Origin: a virus
Virus record (IMG/VR): IMGVR_UViG_3300025096_000006
Span: 44,231 to 108,230 of that record
Strand: one strand, 5' to 3'
Length of the DNA: 64,000 bases
Below, in pieces: positions 37,623-47,408 of this stretch. Numbering within the stretch: the stretch's first letter is position 1; every line of letters begins with the position of its first letter. The notes below the pieces were generated by a model. That model did not search any database. It was not told the origin of the DNA and worked only from the letters and a program-made list of their open reading frames with translations. Both the position numbers and the translations under genes were made by a program.

Positions 37623-38669
37623 CTATGTTATGCTAACATTTGAGCTGCATATTCTCTTGTGTGAAAATGGTTGCTGATAGTTCATTTGCCACATAAATAA
37701 ATTAATTTTTGTCTGCCATACATTATTAATTACCTTATCCACTAATTGTGGGCACGTTTGAGAGGTGGCAGCTGCCACCCATGGACGCAACGGGTCTATC
37801 CCAATAATTACATTATGAATTGTTTGTATAGCCGACATCATCAGCAGGGCGCCGGCGATAGCATCTACTGAGGCTACTAATTCTTGAAGCGCATCTAAAA
37901 GATTGTCTCCCAGCACTGCTGGTTGTAGTGTTTCAATCTTCATTGTTTGTGTTTTCCTTTTGCCGGACTTGGCATCGGTGTAGCTGTAGCTTATAACCTT
38001 GGGCTCTGTATTGTTGCCGGCAATCAGTTCAATTTTTCCAGCTACTGGAAGCTTTCCGCCGCGAGAATTTAGCTCGCCATCTTTTCCAAAGCCTCTAAAT
38101 TGTCCTTTTCCGGTGACTATTTTAATGCCCTCTCTTCCAATAACGCGAACGTGATCCGCTTTTATTCCTATTCCTGAACGCGCCATACTGGCGTTTTTTA
38201 AATCTCTATCGGCTCTTCCTTTGGCTATGGAAAAGTTTTTATCTATATTTGTTAATTGGCTAATGTGTATTCTGGCGGCGTCTGCTCCAAAATGATTATG
38301 AATCATTTTTCTGGGTTTTGGTCCCTTTCCTTTTCTTGCAGAAGCCATGCGACCCACAACTAAATCAATTGATGCCGCTTTTTGTGCACCAATGCCACCA
38401 TAACCTGAAAGGCAGTGGGTCGGGCGGTCTCTTCCCAATACAATAGAGGCGCCACCGATTGTTATTGGCGGCTTCTCACCTTTGCATTCTTTAAATCGTG
38501 GAAGAGACTCTTCAACATGAGTTCCAAAAAGACCACTGTGTCCCGGCGTAAAATTAATATTATAGCCCTGATCTAAAATGGTTTTAGTAGATTTTATACG
38601 ACTTTTAAGTTGTGGGTCAAACTGACTGTTTTCGCCGCCTTCAAATATATATCCTTTTTTTATGGACAT
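37623..38669 (-). CDS. putative baseplate central spike (gp5 C-terminal-like)
   Basis: Repeating short beta strands (IVLGRDR, IDLVVGR, GIGIKADHVRVIGREGIKIVT, IELIAGN); position between hub and wedge genes. Confidence 0.5.
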   Translation of the reverse strand: MSIKKGYIFEGGENSQFDPQLKSRIKSTKTILDQGYNINFTPGHSGLFGTHVEESLPRFKECKGEKPPITIGGASIVLGRDRPTHCLSGYGGIGAQKAASIDLVVGRMASARKGKGPKPRKMIHNHFGADAARIHISQLTNIDKNFSIAKGRADRDLKNASMARSGIGIKADHVRVIGREGIKIVTGKGQFRGFGKDGELNSRGGKLPVAGKIELIAGNNTEPKVISYSYTDAKSGKRKTQTMKIETLQPAVLGDNLLDALQELVASVDAIAGALLMMSAIQTIHNVIIGIDPLRPWVAAATSQTCPQLVDKVINNVWQTKINLFMWQMNYQQPFSHKRICSSNVSIT

Positions 38670-38697
38670 AGTTTTACCTTATTTCCTTGTTATTAAA

Positions 38698-40059
38698 TTA
38701 TCGCGCCCACTCAAGATATTTTTTGTACTTAGCTAAACTTTTTGATGGAAGTTTGCAGATGGGCGCACTATCTGTACCGGCGCTAGCTCGTCGACCAAGC
38801 CAATGCAGACTGCCATATACATTGCACATGCCAAATTTATTTCCTTCATTTTGAATGCCTAATGACTGAATTGGATCGCAGTTTGATCCATATTGATTGT
38901 AAACTTCAAAATGCAAATGATTACCGGTAGAACATCCGGTGGTTCCCATAATAGCAATATTTTGACCCATTTTTACTGAGTCTCCTTTTTTAAGATCAGG
39001 GTGTACTTTGTGTATGTGCATATACTTTGTGCGTTTAATATTTTTGAGACCTGGGTGACTTATTGATATAATAGTGCCGCCTCCGCCGGGTTTTGGTTTA
39101 CAGCCTCCGTTTGGATTTAAATTGATGGACTCAACCACGCCATCTGCGATTGCATAGATGCCTGTTCCCTTAGTACTATTGGCCATATCTATGCCGGCAT
39201 GCTTGCTGATTGTTCCCTTTTTTGGGTGTACACGGGCAGGGCTCCATGCGGAGGTAAACCTTCCCTCGCAAGGTACAACGATAGATTCGCCGGGCCCCAG
39301 GAGGAGTGGAAAATAAGGAGTCGGCGCGGAGCCGGCTGGGGCTGGGGAGCCAGAACCATAATGTATATTGATACTATCTCCTTCAAAAATCATATTGTCT
39401 AAGCAGTCTTTATAATCATCTTTGCATTTTTTCTCTTGAACATCAAAAAGATTACTTAAAACAACACACTCGCTTCGAGAGCGATCTTCTACATGAACAA
39501 CGTTTCCGCTGGAGTCGGTAGTTCGCTTACCGGAGATTGTAGAGTCAGATACAACTTCTAAAAAAGTCCCTACTTGTAAATTGTACGAAAATACATTTCC
39601 TTGCAATTCAACACGTACCTTGTCACCTACTTTTGGCTTTGTATACTCTCCACCTGAAGTAAGTTCTTGCTGAGTAGATGATACAAATGTTGTATGAAGC
39701 GCAATAATTTCCATGGCTGCAGTTATTTGCTCATCGTCATTCGTATTAATTTCCAAATCACAAGGATCTGGTATAAATTCATGTGGAGTGGGCATGCCGG
39801 GTTCGTCTAATATTCGACCCTTAAACATAAATCTTGAGATTCTATCTGCGCCGGTCTTGGCAACTGGACCTTTATAGTTTAAATCTAACTCAGACAACAC
39901 CACAGGCGTGGTCAACACCACGGCATTAAAAATAGTTTTACCCTCATATGCGTTGTAAATAAGGCTTTGACGAACAGCATTAGATAACAAATCGAAAGCA
40001 TTCTTAGATGTTGAATAGACTGTAGGATCAATATATTGTCGATGTTTGTTAGAACCCAT
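38698..40059 (-). CDS. baseplate hub-like protein fused to an M23 peptidoglycan peptidase
   Basis: HAGID, YMH and GTTGCSTGNHLHFEV M23 motifs; N-terminal OB-like PKVGDKVRV. Confidence 0.8.
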   Translation of the reverse strand: MGSNKHRQYIDPTVYSTSKNAFDLLSNAVRQSLIYNAYEGKTIFNAVVLTTPVVLSELDLNYKGPVAKTGADRISRFMFKGRILDEPGMPTPHEFIPDPCDLEINTNDDEQITAAMEIIALHTTFVSSTQQELTSGGEYTKPKVGDKVRVELQGNVFSYNLQVGTFLEVVSDSTISGKRTTDSSGNVVHVEDRSRSECVVLSNLFDVQEKKCKDDYKDCLDNMIFEGDSINIHYGSGSPAPAGSAPTPYFPLLLGPGESIVVPCEGRFTSAWSPARVHPKKGTISKHAGIDMANSTKGTGIYAIADGVVESINLNPNGGCKPKPGGGGTIISISHPGLKNIKRTKYMHIHKVHPDLKKGDSVKMGQNIAIMGTTGCSTGNHLHFEVYNQYGSNCDPIQSLGIQNEGNKFGMCNVYGSLHWLGRRASAGTDSAPICKLPSKSLAKYKKYLEWAR

Positions 40060-40060
40060 T

Positions 40061-40348
40061 TTATTTCTCCTGAATTAAATCAAATAAATTATTTTTATCT
40101 TCTTCGGAAAGCTCAACTGAATTTGATTGACCTTTTTGGCGAAGTCCTATTAATTTAACTAGTTGTTCATTAGATCTTTGAAGAGTCTCTATATGTTTGG
40201 CAGCAACTGGACTTAGGTACTTATTTTGTTCAGCATCTGTGGCTATTTGGTTGGCGATTTCATTTAAAAATTCACGAGCTACTTTTCTATCGCTACGTAT
40301 ATTGCCGAGCGCCTCTTCAATTAAAGATTCTAAGTCTTTTTTGCTCAT
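40061..40348 (-). CDS. helical hypothetical protein
   Basis: Start revised to ATG 40348 (ATGA overlap with the sigma gene stop). Confidence 0.6.
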   Translation of the reverse strand: MSKKDLESLIEEALGNIRSDRKVAREFLNEIANQIATDAEQNKYLSPVAAKHIETLQRSNEQLVKLIGLRQKGQSNSVELSEEDKNNLFDLIQEK

Positions 40349-41061
40349 AAATCGCCACTTTCCCAATCTTGTTTAAATAAATAATATTTCTTGCGAAATT
40401 TCTTTAGTGAGTTGACAATCTGTTTTGTATTCAATCCGGTAATTTCGCGAAGATATAAGTAAATAGCTTTTTTATTAAAAATATCTATGTCTTCTTTTGA
40501 CTCAAAAAGTATTATAATTGCTTTATAAACCCGAAGATCGTTGTCTTTCATTGGCGACGTGTCCCAAGATTTTAATTCAGTATAAAATGAACTCCAAAAT
40601 TCATCTTGTTCTCGTTGTGTCAAATATGATTCATTGGTTGATAAATATTCTTCTTCGAATTTTTTAGATATATTATCGTAATCAATTTCGCGCTTATTCT
40701 TCTTTTGTTGTCTTTTGACTTTGTGAATAAACCAGTTTTTTGTAATCACTGAAAAATAAGAAAAGGCTTTGGAGCCTTTTGTGGGATCATATTTGTCTAA
40801 GATAGTCATTAGCCAAATCTTACATTCATCTCGCAGAACATCACAATTTGGCAAATTTGTAAATTTATAAGTAAAAACAATTTTATCAACCATTTCATCA
40901 AATGCTGGTTGAATCCATTTTACATAAAGTTCTGTTCGTTCTCTTATACAGTTTGTATTGCTGTATCGTATAATCGCGTCTTCATGTTCGTGTGTAAAAT
41001 AATGATTTTTTTTACGGGCTCGTCGTCTCTTCTTCGGCTTCGGGATATTCTCCGTCGTCAT
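40345..41061 (-). CDS. phage sigma factor (T4 gp55-like late sigma)
   Basis: Region-2-like LDKYDPTKGSKAFSYFSVITKN; directly upstream of the structural module. Confidence 0.7.
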   Translation of the reverse strand: MTTENIPKPKKRRRARKKNHYFTHEHEDAIIRYSNTNCIRERTELYVKWIQPAFDEMVDKIVFTYKFTNLPNCDVLRDECKIWLMTILDKYDPTKGSKAFSYFSVITKNWFIHKVKRQQKKNKREIDYDNISKKFEEEYLSTNESYLTQREQDEFWSSFYTELKSWDTSPMKDNDLRVYKAIIILFESKEDIDIFNKKAIYLYLREITGLNTKQIVNSLKKFRKKYYLFKQDWESGDL

Positions 41062-41359
41062 CTATGCGGTCTCCTTCTTCAGTTAGTGAATATATAAATT
41101 CAAATGTGTCCAATTGTTCATTAAAGGATATCGCATGTTGCAATAATGCATTTAAAGTTTCATCGCCATAAAAAGATTCTAATTCATATACAGTCTTTAG
41201 GTGACCAGCAAAAGAATTTATCATATTTTGCAAATCTCCTAACTCCTCTGATACAAATAAAAGACGAGATACTACAGCACGAGCATAAATAAACACTCCA
41301 ATATTGAACAAGATTGAAACAAACAAAATTGCAAACAATATTATTTCAAGTCGATTCAT
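41012..41359 (-). CDS. membrane-anchored hypothetical protein
   Basis: N-terminal hydrophobic helix IILFAILFVSILFNIGVFIY. Confidence 0.6.
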   Translation of the reverse strand: MNRLEIILFAILFVSILFNIGVFIYARAVVSRLLFVSEELGDLQNMINSFAGHLKTVYELESFYGDETLNALLQHAISFNEQLDTFEFIYSLTEEGDRIDDDGEYPEAEEETTSP

Positions 41360-41606
41360 CTTCTTTTAAATCCTTTTTAAATTGTTTTAAAATCTCGCGG
41401 TTTTCTTCTATATATTCTTTTGTTAATTCACCTATTTTGTCTTGCTTAATTTCGATGTCGTCTTTTATTATTATAGGCGTTGACAACAACTTTCGCATGC
41501 TCTGAGATGCTCCGCACTCCTGACAATCTACTAGCACCTCATTGATGCTGTGAATTGTTGTAAAGGTGAGAGTGCACTCTTCGCACATATATCTATATCT
41601 AGGCAT
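41346..41606 (-). CDS. FmdB-family zinc ribbon protein
   Basis: MPRYRYMCEEC...CQECG. Confidence 0.8.
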   Translation of the reverse strand: MPRYRYMCEECTLTFTTIHSINEVLVDCQECGASQSMRKLLSTPIIIKDDIEIKQDKIGELTKEYIEENREILKQFKKDLKEDEST

Positions 41607-41814
41607 CCTGTGATTTAGCCATGTTTCCTAAATCATCGTCTGTAATTTCACTATTGTCGGTAAATCTTACAGTGGGAGGATTGAGAACGACTAGACCGTC
41701 CGCGGAGTTTTCTAACTTCCATCCTTGAATTACTGGCACTATGTCTGTTTGGTGCAGCAACGATTCTTGAAGGGCCATCATAATAGCTCCGATTGCTTGG
41801 TTTGATAATTGCAT
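41599..41814 (-). CDS. hypothetical protein
   Basis: AAGGAG RBS; tight packing. Confidence 0.6.
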   Translation of the reverse strand: MQLSNQAIGAIMMALQESLLHQTDIVPVIQGWKLENSADGLVVLNPPTVRFTDNSEITDDDLGNMAKSQDA

Positions 41815-41823
41815 TTTTTCTCC

Positions 41824-42774
41824 TTACCATTTAAAATTATGCTTATAGTATTGAACTATTGATCCGATCTCTACATCGAATTCCTTTTCTGGCTTCCATC
41901 CTAAAGATCGCAATTTATCGTCATTCAGAGCATAACGAATATCTTGCCCCTCTCTTACGTGAGTAAGATCGAGAAAACGACTCCAGTCTCTTTGTTCACC
42001 AAAATATTTTCTTAAAATTTTGTTTACTGTTACGATATTCTTTTGTTCAAAGCCGCCGGCAACATTATAAATTTCATTATAGGTTCCGGACTCAACTAAT
42101 GCAATAACTGCAGAAGCTGTATCGTCTGCATGTAGCCAATTTCTAATCGGCTCTCCTTTGTTGTGAAGTTTAATTTTTTTATTTCGTTTTAAAAGCTTAA
42201 CAGTAACTGGAATTAGCTTTTCTGGGTACTGTCCAATTCCATAATTGTTGGTCGGACGTAAAATCAAATATTTAATTCCATAAGTCCTAGCCCACGCAAG
42301 AACCAACATATCGGCTGCTGCCTTAGATGCAGAATATGGATTGCTTGGCTTTAAGATATCAGTCTCAATATGTTCGCCTTCGGTAATATCTCCATATACT
42401 TCATCCGTACTAAAGTGAAAAAAGATTGGGCGATCGCTAACATTTTCCTGTTTGTTGCGAATAAGATCTAAAAGATTTTTGACGCCAACAATGTTAGATT
42501 CAATAAAATCTGTACTGTCAACAATACTATTCCCAACATGAGACTCTGCCGCTATATTAATAACATAATCGCAGTCTGGTAAGTACTTTAGCGTTGCTAT
42601 ATTTTCTTTTACAAAGGTAAAATTTTTATAGCGACCAAACTCATCTAAAAATTGCATGTTTGCTGCATAAGTGCAACAATCAATTCCGTATACTTTCCAG
42701 CCTAGTGTCAAGCATTGTCGAGTTACATGAGAACCAATTAGCCCCAGGCACCCAGTTATTGTTACTAGTTTCAT
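41824..42774 (-). CDS. rmlB: dTDP-glucose 4,6-dehydratase
   Basis: TGxxGxIG, AAESHV, STDEVYG, PYSASKAA, NNYG.GQYPEKLIP; start revised to ATG 42774. Confidence 0.9.
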   Translation of the reverse strand: MKLVTITGCLGLIGSHVTRQCLTLGWKVYGIDCCTYAANMQFLDEFGRYKNFTFVKENIATLKYLPDCDYVINIAAESHVGNSIVDSTDFIESNIVGVKNLLDLIRNKQENVSDRPIFFHFSTDEVYGDITEGEHIETDILKPSNPYSASKAAADMLVLAWARTYGIKYLILRPTNNYGIGQYPEKLIPVTVKLLKRNKKIKLHNKGEPIRNWLHADDTASAVIALVESGTYNEIYNVAGGFEQKNIVTVNKILRKYFGEQRDWSRFLDLTHVREGQDIRYALNDDKLRSLGWKPEKEFDVEIGSIVQYYKHNFKW

Positions 42775-43826
42775 AGCGTGCCCCACTTAACACTGGGCAA
42801 GCCAATACTGTCTTCCTCGCCTGCTTCTTTTCTTTTTACTCTTTCAGCAATCCACGAATATGTTTTTTGCATGCCATCTATAAGAGGCTGCGAGACTGAC
42901 CATCCAATTTCTTCCTTATATAAAGTATTGTCAGAATTTCTTCCGTTTACTCCAACAGGGCAACGATGTCCATATTTGGCTTTAAACTCTTCTCCATCAA
43001 TATTGTGGATTTTTAAATCTTTTTCTGAAATGCCTATTACCATTTGCGCAAAATCATTCATTGAAATCATCTCTTCAGATCCAATATTAACAGGACCAGC
43101 AAAATCTGATTGCATTAGACGATAGGTAGCCTCAACACATTCATCTACATATAAAAATGATCTAGTCTGGGTACCTGGACCCCAAATTTCAACAGTGCCG
43201 CCTTCAGGTGCCTCCGCTACCTTGCGACAAAACGCAGCAGGAGCTTTTTCTCTGCCGCCGGTCCATGTGCCATATGGTCCAAAAATATTATGATAGCGCC
43301 CAATACAGACTTCTAAACCCTTATTTCTCATAAAAGATAAAAACATGCGTTCAGAAAAAAGCTTTTCCCAGCCATATTCTGAGTCTGGATTTGCAGGATA
43401 CGCAGAATCTTCTACGCAATTAGGGTTGTTAGGATCCAGTTGGTTGTGCTCAGGATACATGCACGCCGACGATGAGTAGAAAACTTTTCCTACATTTTTT
43501 TTAACTGCTTCATGTGCAATATTTAAATTAATTAACGCAGAATTATGCATAATATCAGCATCATTCTCACCCGTAAATACAAACCCGGCGCCGCCCATAT
43601 CAGCAGCTAGTTGATAAATCTCATCCATTTCATCATCGATAACGGACGCAACCACTAAAGGATCGCGAAGATCGCCAATTACAAAATTATCTGCCGCTTT
43701 GTGGACGGCATGAAACTCGTTATACTTTAAATCAACGCCGCGGACCCAATATCCGCGAGCCTTCAAAAACTTTACAAGGTGGCCACCAATAAACCCACCC
43801 GCACCACAAACCAGCGCTTTTTTCAT
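42771..43826 (-). CDS. GDP-mannose 3,5-epimerase-like SDR
   Basis: LAADMGGAGF, YSSSACMYP, YGWEKL, HNIFGPYGTW.GGREKAPAAFCRK and GRNSDN motifs. Confidence 0.88.
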   Translation of the reverse strand: MKKALVCGAGGFIGGHLVKFLKARGYWVRGVDLKYNEFHAVHKAADNFVIGDLRDPLVVASVIDDEMDEIYQLAADMGGAGFVFTGENDADIMHNSALINLNIAHEAVKKNVGKVFYSSSACMYPEHNQLDPNNPNCVEDSAYPANPDSEYGWEKLFSERMFLSFMRNKGLEVCIGRYHNIFGPYGTWTGGREKAPAAFCRKVAEAPEGGTVEIWGPGTQTRSFLYVDECVEATYRLMQSDFAGPVNIGSEEMISMNDFAQMVIGISEKDLKIHNIDGEEFKAKYGHRCPVGVNGRNSDNTLYKEEIGWSVSQPLIDGMQKTYSWIAERVKRKEAGEEDSIGLPSVKWGTL

Positions 43827-44938
43827 TATTCTCTACTCCTATATTCAAAAATATCACCATACATTTCTTTTACCTGCTCAATTACCGAATCTCTTTCTTT
43901 TATAATAACTCTGTATCCTGCGTCTGCTAAACTTTTAGCAAATAAAAGCTGTTGGGATTCAACAAGCATAGTAGATTGTGGCTTGTATGAGATATAATCA
44001 AATTCTACTGCATCGGCAACAGAATTGTTTAGTTTAAATAATTGTACCTGATATTCGAGATGTTGTTCATTACTTTTATCTGAAGCCTTGCTTATGAGCG
44101 CATTTACACCAATATCATTTGCGTAAATAGCCAAAGCCCTGTTATCTCTTGGAAAACATGGTCCGCCATATCCATAACCATAGCCTAAATATTTTGAACC
44201 AATTCTAGAATCAGAACCAATCGCAGACAGTACCTTGTGCGGATCTCCACCAACAAAAGAAACTATATCGCCAATCATATTTGCAAAAGAAATCTTTGTG
44301 GTTAAAAAACAATTTAAACTTATTTTTGCTATTTCTGCTTCTATTCTAGACATCCTGTGAATTTTTGGCTCGTTAGAGGTCATCTTTTCATACATCTGCT
44401 GCAAAATATCTCCACACGCAGTAGAGCCTTCACCAATGAGCACTAAATTTGGATTAGCTTGGTCTTTTAATATTGTTCCTTGAGCTATAAATTCTGGGTT
44501 ATAGCTGACTGTAAAGTTGTACTTATATTCTTCAAGAACTTGTTGTAGGTGATCACAATATCCCGGCATTGTTGTAGAGCAGATAACAAGATCTTTATTT
44601 TCCTCCATGCCAAGGTTATAACTAATCATAGTATTGATAACAAAATCAATTTGCGAATGATCGTATCTACCATTTTGCAGCGATGGAGTTGCTACGACTA
44701 TAAATAATATATCAGAAAACTCAACTGCTTTACGCAAATCAGTAGTTGCTCTAAAATTTTTAGATTGCTGTAAGTAATTTTCTACGTTTTCTTCGTCGCT
44801 CTTAAAAGTTTTATTGTTAATTTGTTCAACGTAATCTGGAAACAGATCTACTCCTAGTACATCATAGCCGGCCCTTTCTAAAGTTAATGCAAAACAAAGT
44901 CCAAGTTTTCCAATGCCAATAACAGATACTTTTTTCAT
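43826..44938 (-). CDS. ugd: UDP-glucose/GDP-mannose dehydrogenase family protein
   Basis: GIGKLG, VATPS, YNPEFIAQG and GYGGPCFPRD; shortened C-terminal domain. Confidence 0.88.
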   Translation of the reverse strand: MKKVSVIGIGKLGLCFALTLERAGYDVLGVDLFPDYVEQINNKTFKSDEENVENYLQQSKNFRATTDLRKAVEFSDILFIVVATPSLQNGRYDHSQIDFVINTMISYNLGMEENKDLVICSTTMPGYCDHLQQVLEEYKYNFTVSYNPEFIAQGTILKDQANPNLVLIGEGSTACGDILQQMYEKMTSNEPKIHRMSRIEAEIAKISLNCFLTTKISFANMIGDIVSFVGGDPHKVLSAIGSDSRIGSKYLGYGYGYGGPCFPRDNRALAIYANDIGVNALISKASDKSNEQHLEYQVQLFKLNNSVADAVEFDYISYKPQSTMLVESQQLLFAKSLADAGYRVIIKERDSVIEQVKEMYGDIFEYRSRE

Positions 44939-44972
44939 TTTTTACTCCCTAATATAATATTTCTAAACTCTT

Positions 44973-45848
44973 TCATACTATCTTCCAGTCATTTGGATAA
45001 AATCCATATTTAACTCTTCCATCATCAGGTACTGTATAATTTTTAGGAGCGATGACAATCTTATTTGGATTTTCATTAAGAAACGCAGCCCACCATCCAA
45101 AAGAAGTCATATGTGTTGTAAGGTTGTGATCGCAATTTTTCATTATAGCAAAGTCTTGTATATCTGAATTTCCTTCGCAAAATACAAATCTATCGCCATC
45201 TAAATTATTTTTACACCAATCAATATCTGATTGATTATGGCTCATTCCTTTTCTAGTTCCGCCAGAAAAAACCAAAAATTTATATTTTTTATCATTAAAA
45301 TTCTCCATGGCTTTAAAAAAATACTGACCAAAGATGCTGTCTCTAGACAATGTATCTTCTCTACCATAGTAATTGCTATATTCAGATGATGTTCCATCGG
45401 TATTATCGCCTCTTCTAAAATGTAAGCTTACTATTTCTTCATTTCCTGATTTAATATCGCTAATATATTTTTCTGCATATTCTTTTAAAGAATCATTAAG
45501 TCTAAAATCAGCACGTATTTCTTTCTCGTATTTAGAAAAATATTGATAATTCTGAAAAAAGCCGTACAAATCAGTATTATCTGATACTTCAAATACATTC
45601 TTGTGAAAAAGCGTATGGTCAGATTCAATATATCTGTTTGCTATTTTATAGTAATCTTTATGATCTAAAAAATCACACTCAATACTAAATTTATTTAACA
45701 AACATTGTTGGTTGTGCCAGACAACCCCATCAAAATTTGGTATTTTTAGCTCATATCCCGTTTCAAGAGATACCGCGCGAACAACTGCATATTGAAACAA
45801 TTGATTTCCCAATCTTCCTAGTTTTCCCAGCTGGGTGAACGTAATCAT
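44973..45848 (-). CDS. GT11 (alpha-1,2-fucosyltransferase family) glycosyltransferase
   Basis: GRLGNQLFQYA, HFRRGD and SFGWWAAFL motifs. Confidence 0.88.
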   Translation of the reverse strand: MITFTQLGKLGRLGNQLFQYAVVRAVSLETGYELKIPNFDGVVWHNQQCLLNKFSIECDFLDHKDYYKIANRYIESDHTLFHKNVFEVSDNTDLYGFFQNYQYFSKYEKEIRADFRLNDSLKEYAEKYISDIKSGNEEIVSLHFRRGDNTDGTSSEYSNYYGREDTLSRDSIFGQYFFKAMENFNDKKYKFLVFSGGTRKGMSHNQSDIDWCKNNLDGDRFVFCEGNSDIQDFAIMKNCDHNLTTHMTSFGWWAAFLNENPNKIVIAPKNYTVPDDGRVKYGFYPNDWKIV

Positions 45849-46459
45849 TTTGCCATCTCCACATCTTTAAACAAATCAAATTCTCTCAAATCTCTATAAA
45901 ACGGCTCTTCTGGAATATCTTCCATATAATCTGGATAATTCTGCATAAGCATTAATCCTCTGGCTGCTTGCTCAGGGCTCATATATGCATTCCAGCCATT
46001 AATGCTAATATTATCTTCGTGATACATTACTTCGCCGCGGCCTTCATAGCGACCTTTTCTAAACCACTTAGCAGCCTCTTCATTGTCAGTTAAAATCATA
46101 CCCCCCTTACCTATCTTCAAATGTTTTTTGATGTGGAAGGAAAGGCACATAAAGCTTCCTGGGATATACATATTGCTTGTTAGGCGCTTGGCTGCGTCAT
46201 AAATCGGATAAGGCTCAAGTTGATAGACGCCTTTCCATCTATAATCGCGAAACTTAAGTGTTCCGCCGGCATGCAAAATTGATTGTGGAACCGACAAGTA
46301 TGTGCGTGCTGGAATTATAACTTCATCAACATTTAGATATTGACAACACAACAATAATGCATCTGTGCAATTATCAGTCGACACAGCATACTTTGAGCCG
46401 CAATAATCGGCTACAGTCTCTTCGAACATTTTTACGATTTTATATGGGTTATGTCTCAT
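45845..46459 (-). CDS. DegT/DnrJ/EryC1/StrS-family sugar aminotransferase, unusually short
   Basis: FE..VA.Y.G.KYAV..NCT.AL, EVIIPA.TY, DAA and SFHIKKHL.IGKGGMILTD (PLP Lys). Confidence 0.8.
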   Translation of the reverse strand: MRHNPYKIVKMFEETVADYCGSKYAVSTDNCTDALLLCCQYLNVDEVIIPARTYLSVPQSILHAGGTLKFRDYRWKGVYQLEPYPIYDAAKRLTSNMYIPGSFMCLSFHIKKHLKIGKGGMILTDNEEAAKWFRKGRYEGRGEVMYHEDNISINGWNAYMSPEQAARGLMLMQNYPDYMEDIPEEPFYRDLREFDLFKDVEMAK

Positions 46460-47408
46460 TAATATTCTCTTTAAAATAATCCATTGTAAAAGGATTCATA
46501 ATTCTTTCAAAATTATCATAATAATATGCGTATGTAAGCATTTCGGGCTCTGCGGGAAGCTCCTGCATATGAATTACCTCATTATGTTCAAAAGCTATTA
46601 TTCTTTTTTTTGAAATTATTGTAACGCATGCGTTGGGAATTGAAAATACAGCATTTATTGGGGACCGACCGGTCATTGCTCTAAGATATGGCAGCAATTT
46701 CCATGCATCTCCATTGTATCCAATCATATCTGTTTCAGGTAATCTGGAATCATGATGATTCCATGAGATTTCATGCCAGTGGAGGCGTTTTTTTTCAGCT
46801 GGCGATATCACTGTATTTAAGATTTTTTTGTACTCTTCTTCTAAAACTAATTGTGACGGCTCCCAACGTGGACAAGTATCATGTAAAATTATAAACCCAT
46901 CATCATTTAAAATTTTCAAACTTTCAATAACCTCATTCCATATAAACTCAGATAAATGCATGCCATCAATAAAAATAATATCATATTTTTGGTTAAAAAA
47001 TCTTTTATTCATTACAAAAAATAATTGCGATGTCATTTTATGTGTAATATTTTTACAAGCGCCATATGGGTCAACGCCATGTTTTAAACTAACATTTTCA
47101 ACATTATTAAATGTATTTCCTTGATCCACTCCAATTTCCAAATAATGTATATTTTTTTTACCACTGGTTAAAATATTTATAACATCGACTGGTTCGTAAT
47201 CATAATGACATCCATGAGAAATAAAAGCCGGACCAGTTAATAAAGCTTCATCTAGGTGAGCTGGTATGGGAATCTCAGGGTCTGGAGTTCCCTGGTTTTT
47301 ACTAAAAACAAACCCCGGAAGGTGTGGCGGTAAATTAGGATTTTTAAATGGCGTTGGGTAAAACGCATATTTAAGTTTAAATTCTAAGTTTGGTTCATTT
47401 TCATTCAT
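46449..47408 (-). CDS. class I SAM-dependent methyltransferase (Methyltransf_24-like)
   Basis: YLEIGV..G, YDIIFIDGMH and ILHD motifs. Confidence 0.8.
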   Translation of the reverse strand: MNENEPNLEFKLKYAFYPTPFKNPNLPPHLPGFVFSKNQGTPDPEIPIPAHLDEALLTGPAFISHGCHYDYEPVDVINILTSGKKNIHYLEIGVDQGNTFNNVENVSLKHGVDPYGACKNITHKMTSQLFFVMNKRFFNQKYDIIFIDGMHLSEFIWNEVIESLKILNDDGFIILHDTCPRWEPSQLVLEEEYKKILNTVISPAEKKRLHWHEISWNHHDSRLPETDMIGYNGDAWKLLPYLRAMTGRSPINAVFSIPNACVTIISKKRIIAFEHNEVIHMQELPAEPEMLTYAYYYDNFERIMNPFTMDYFKENINET

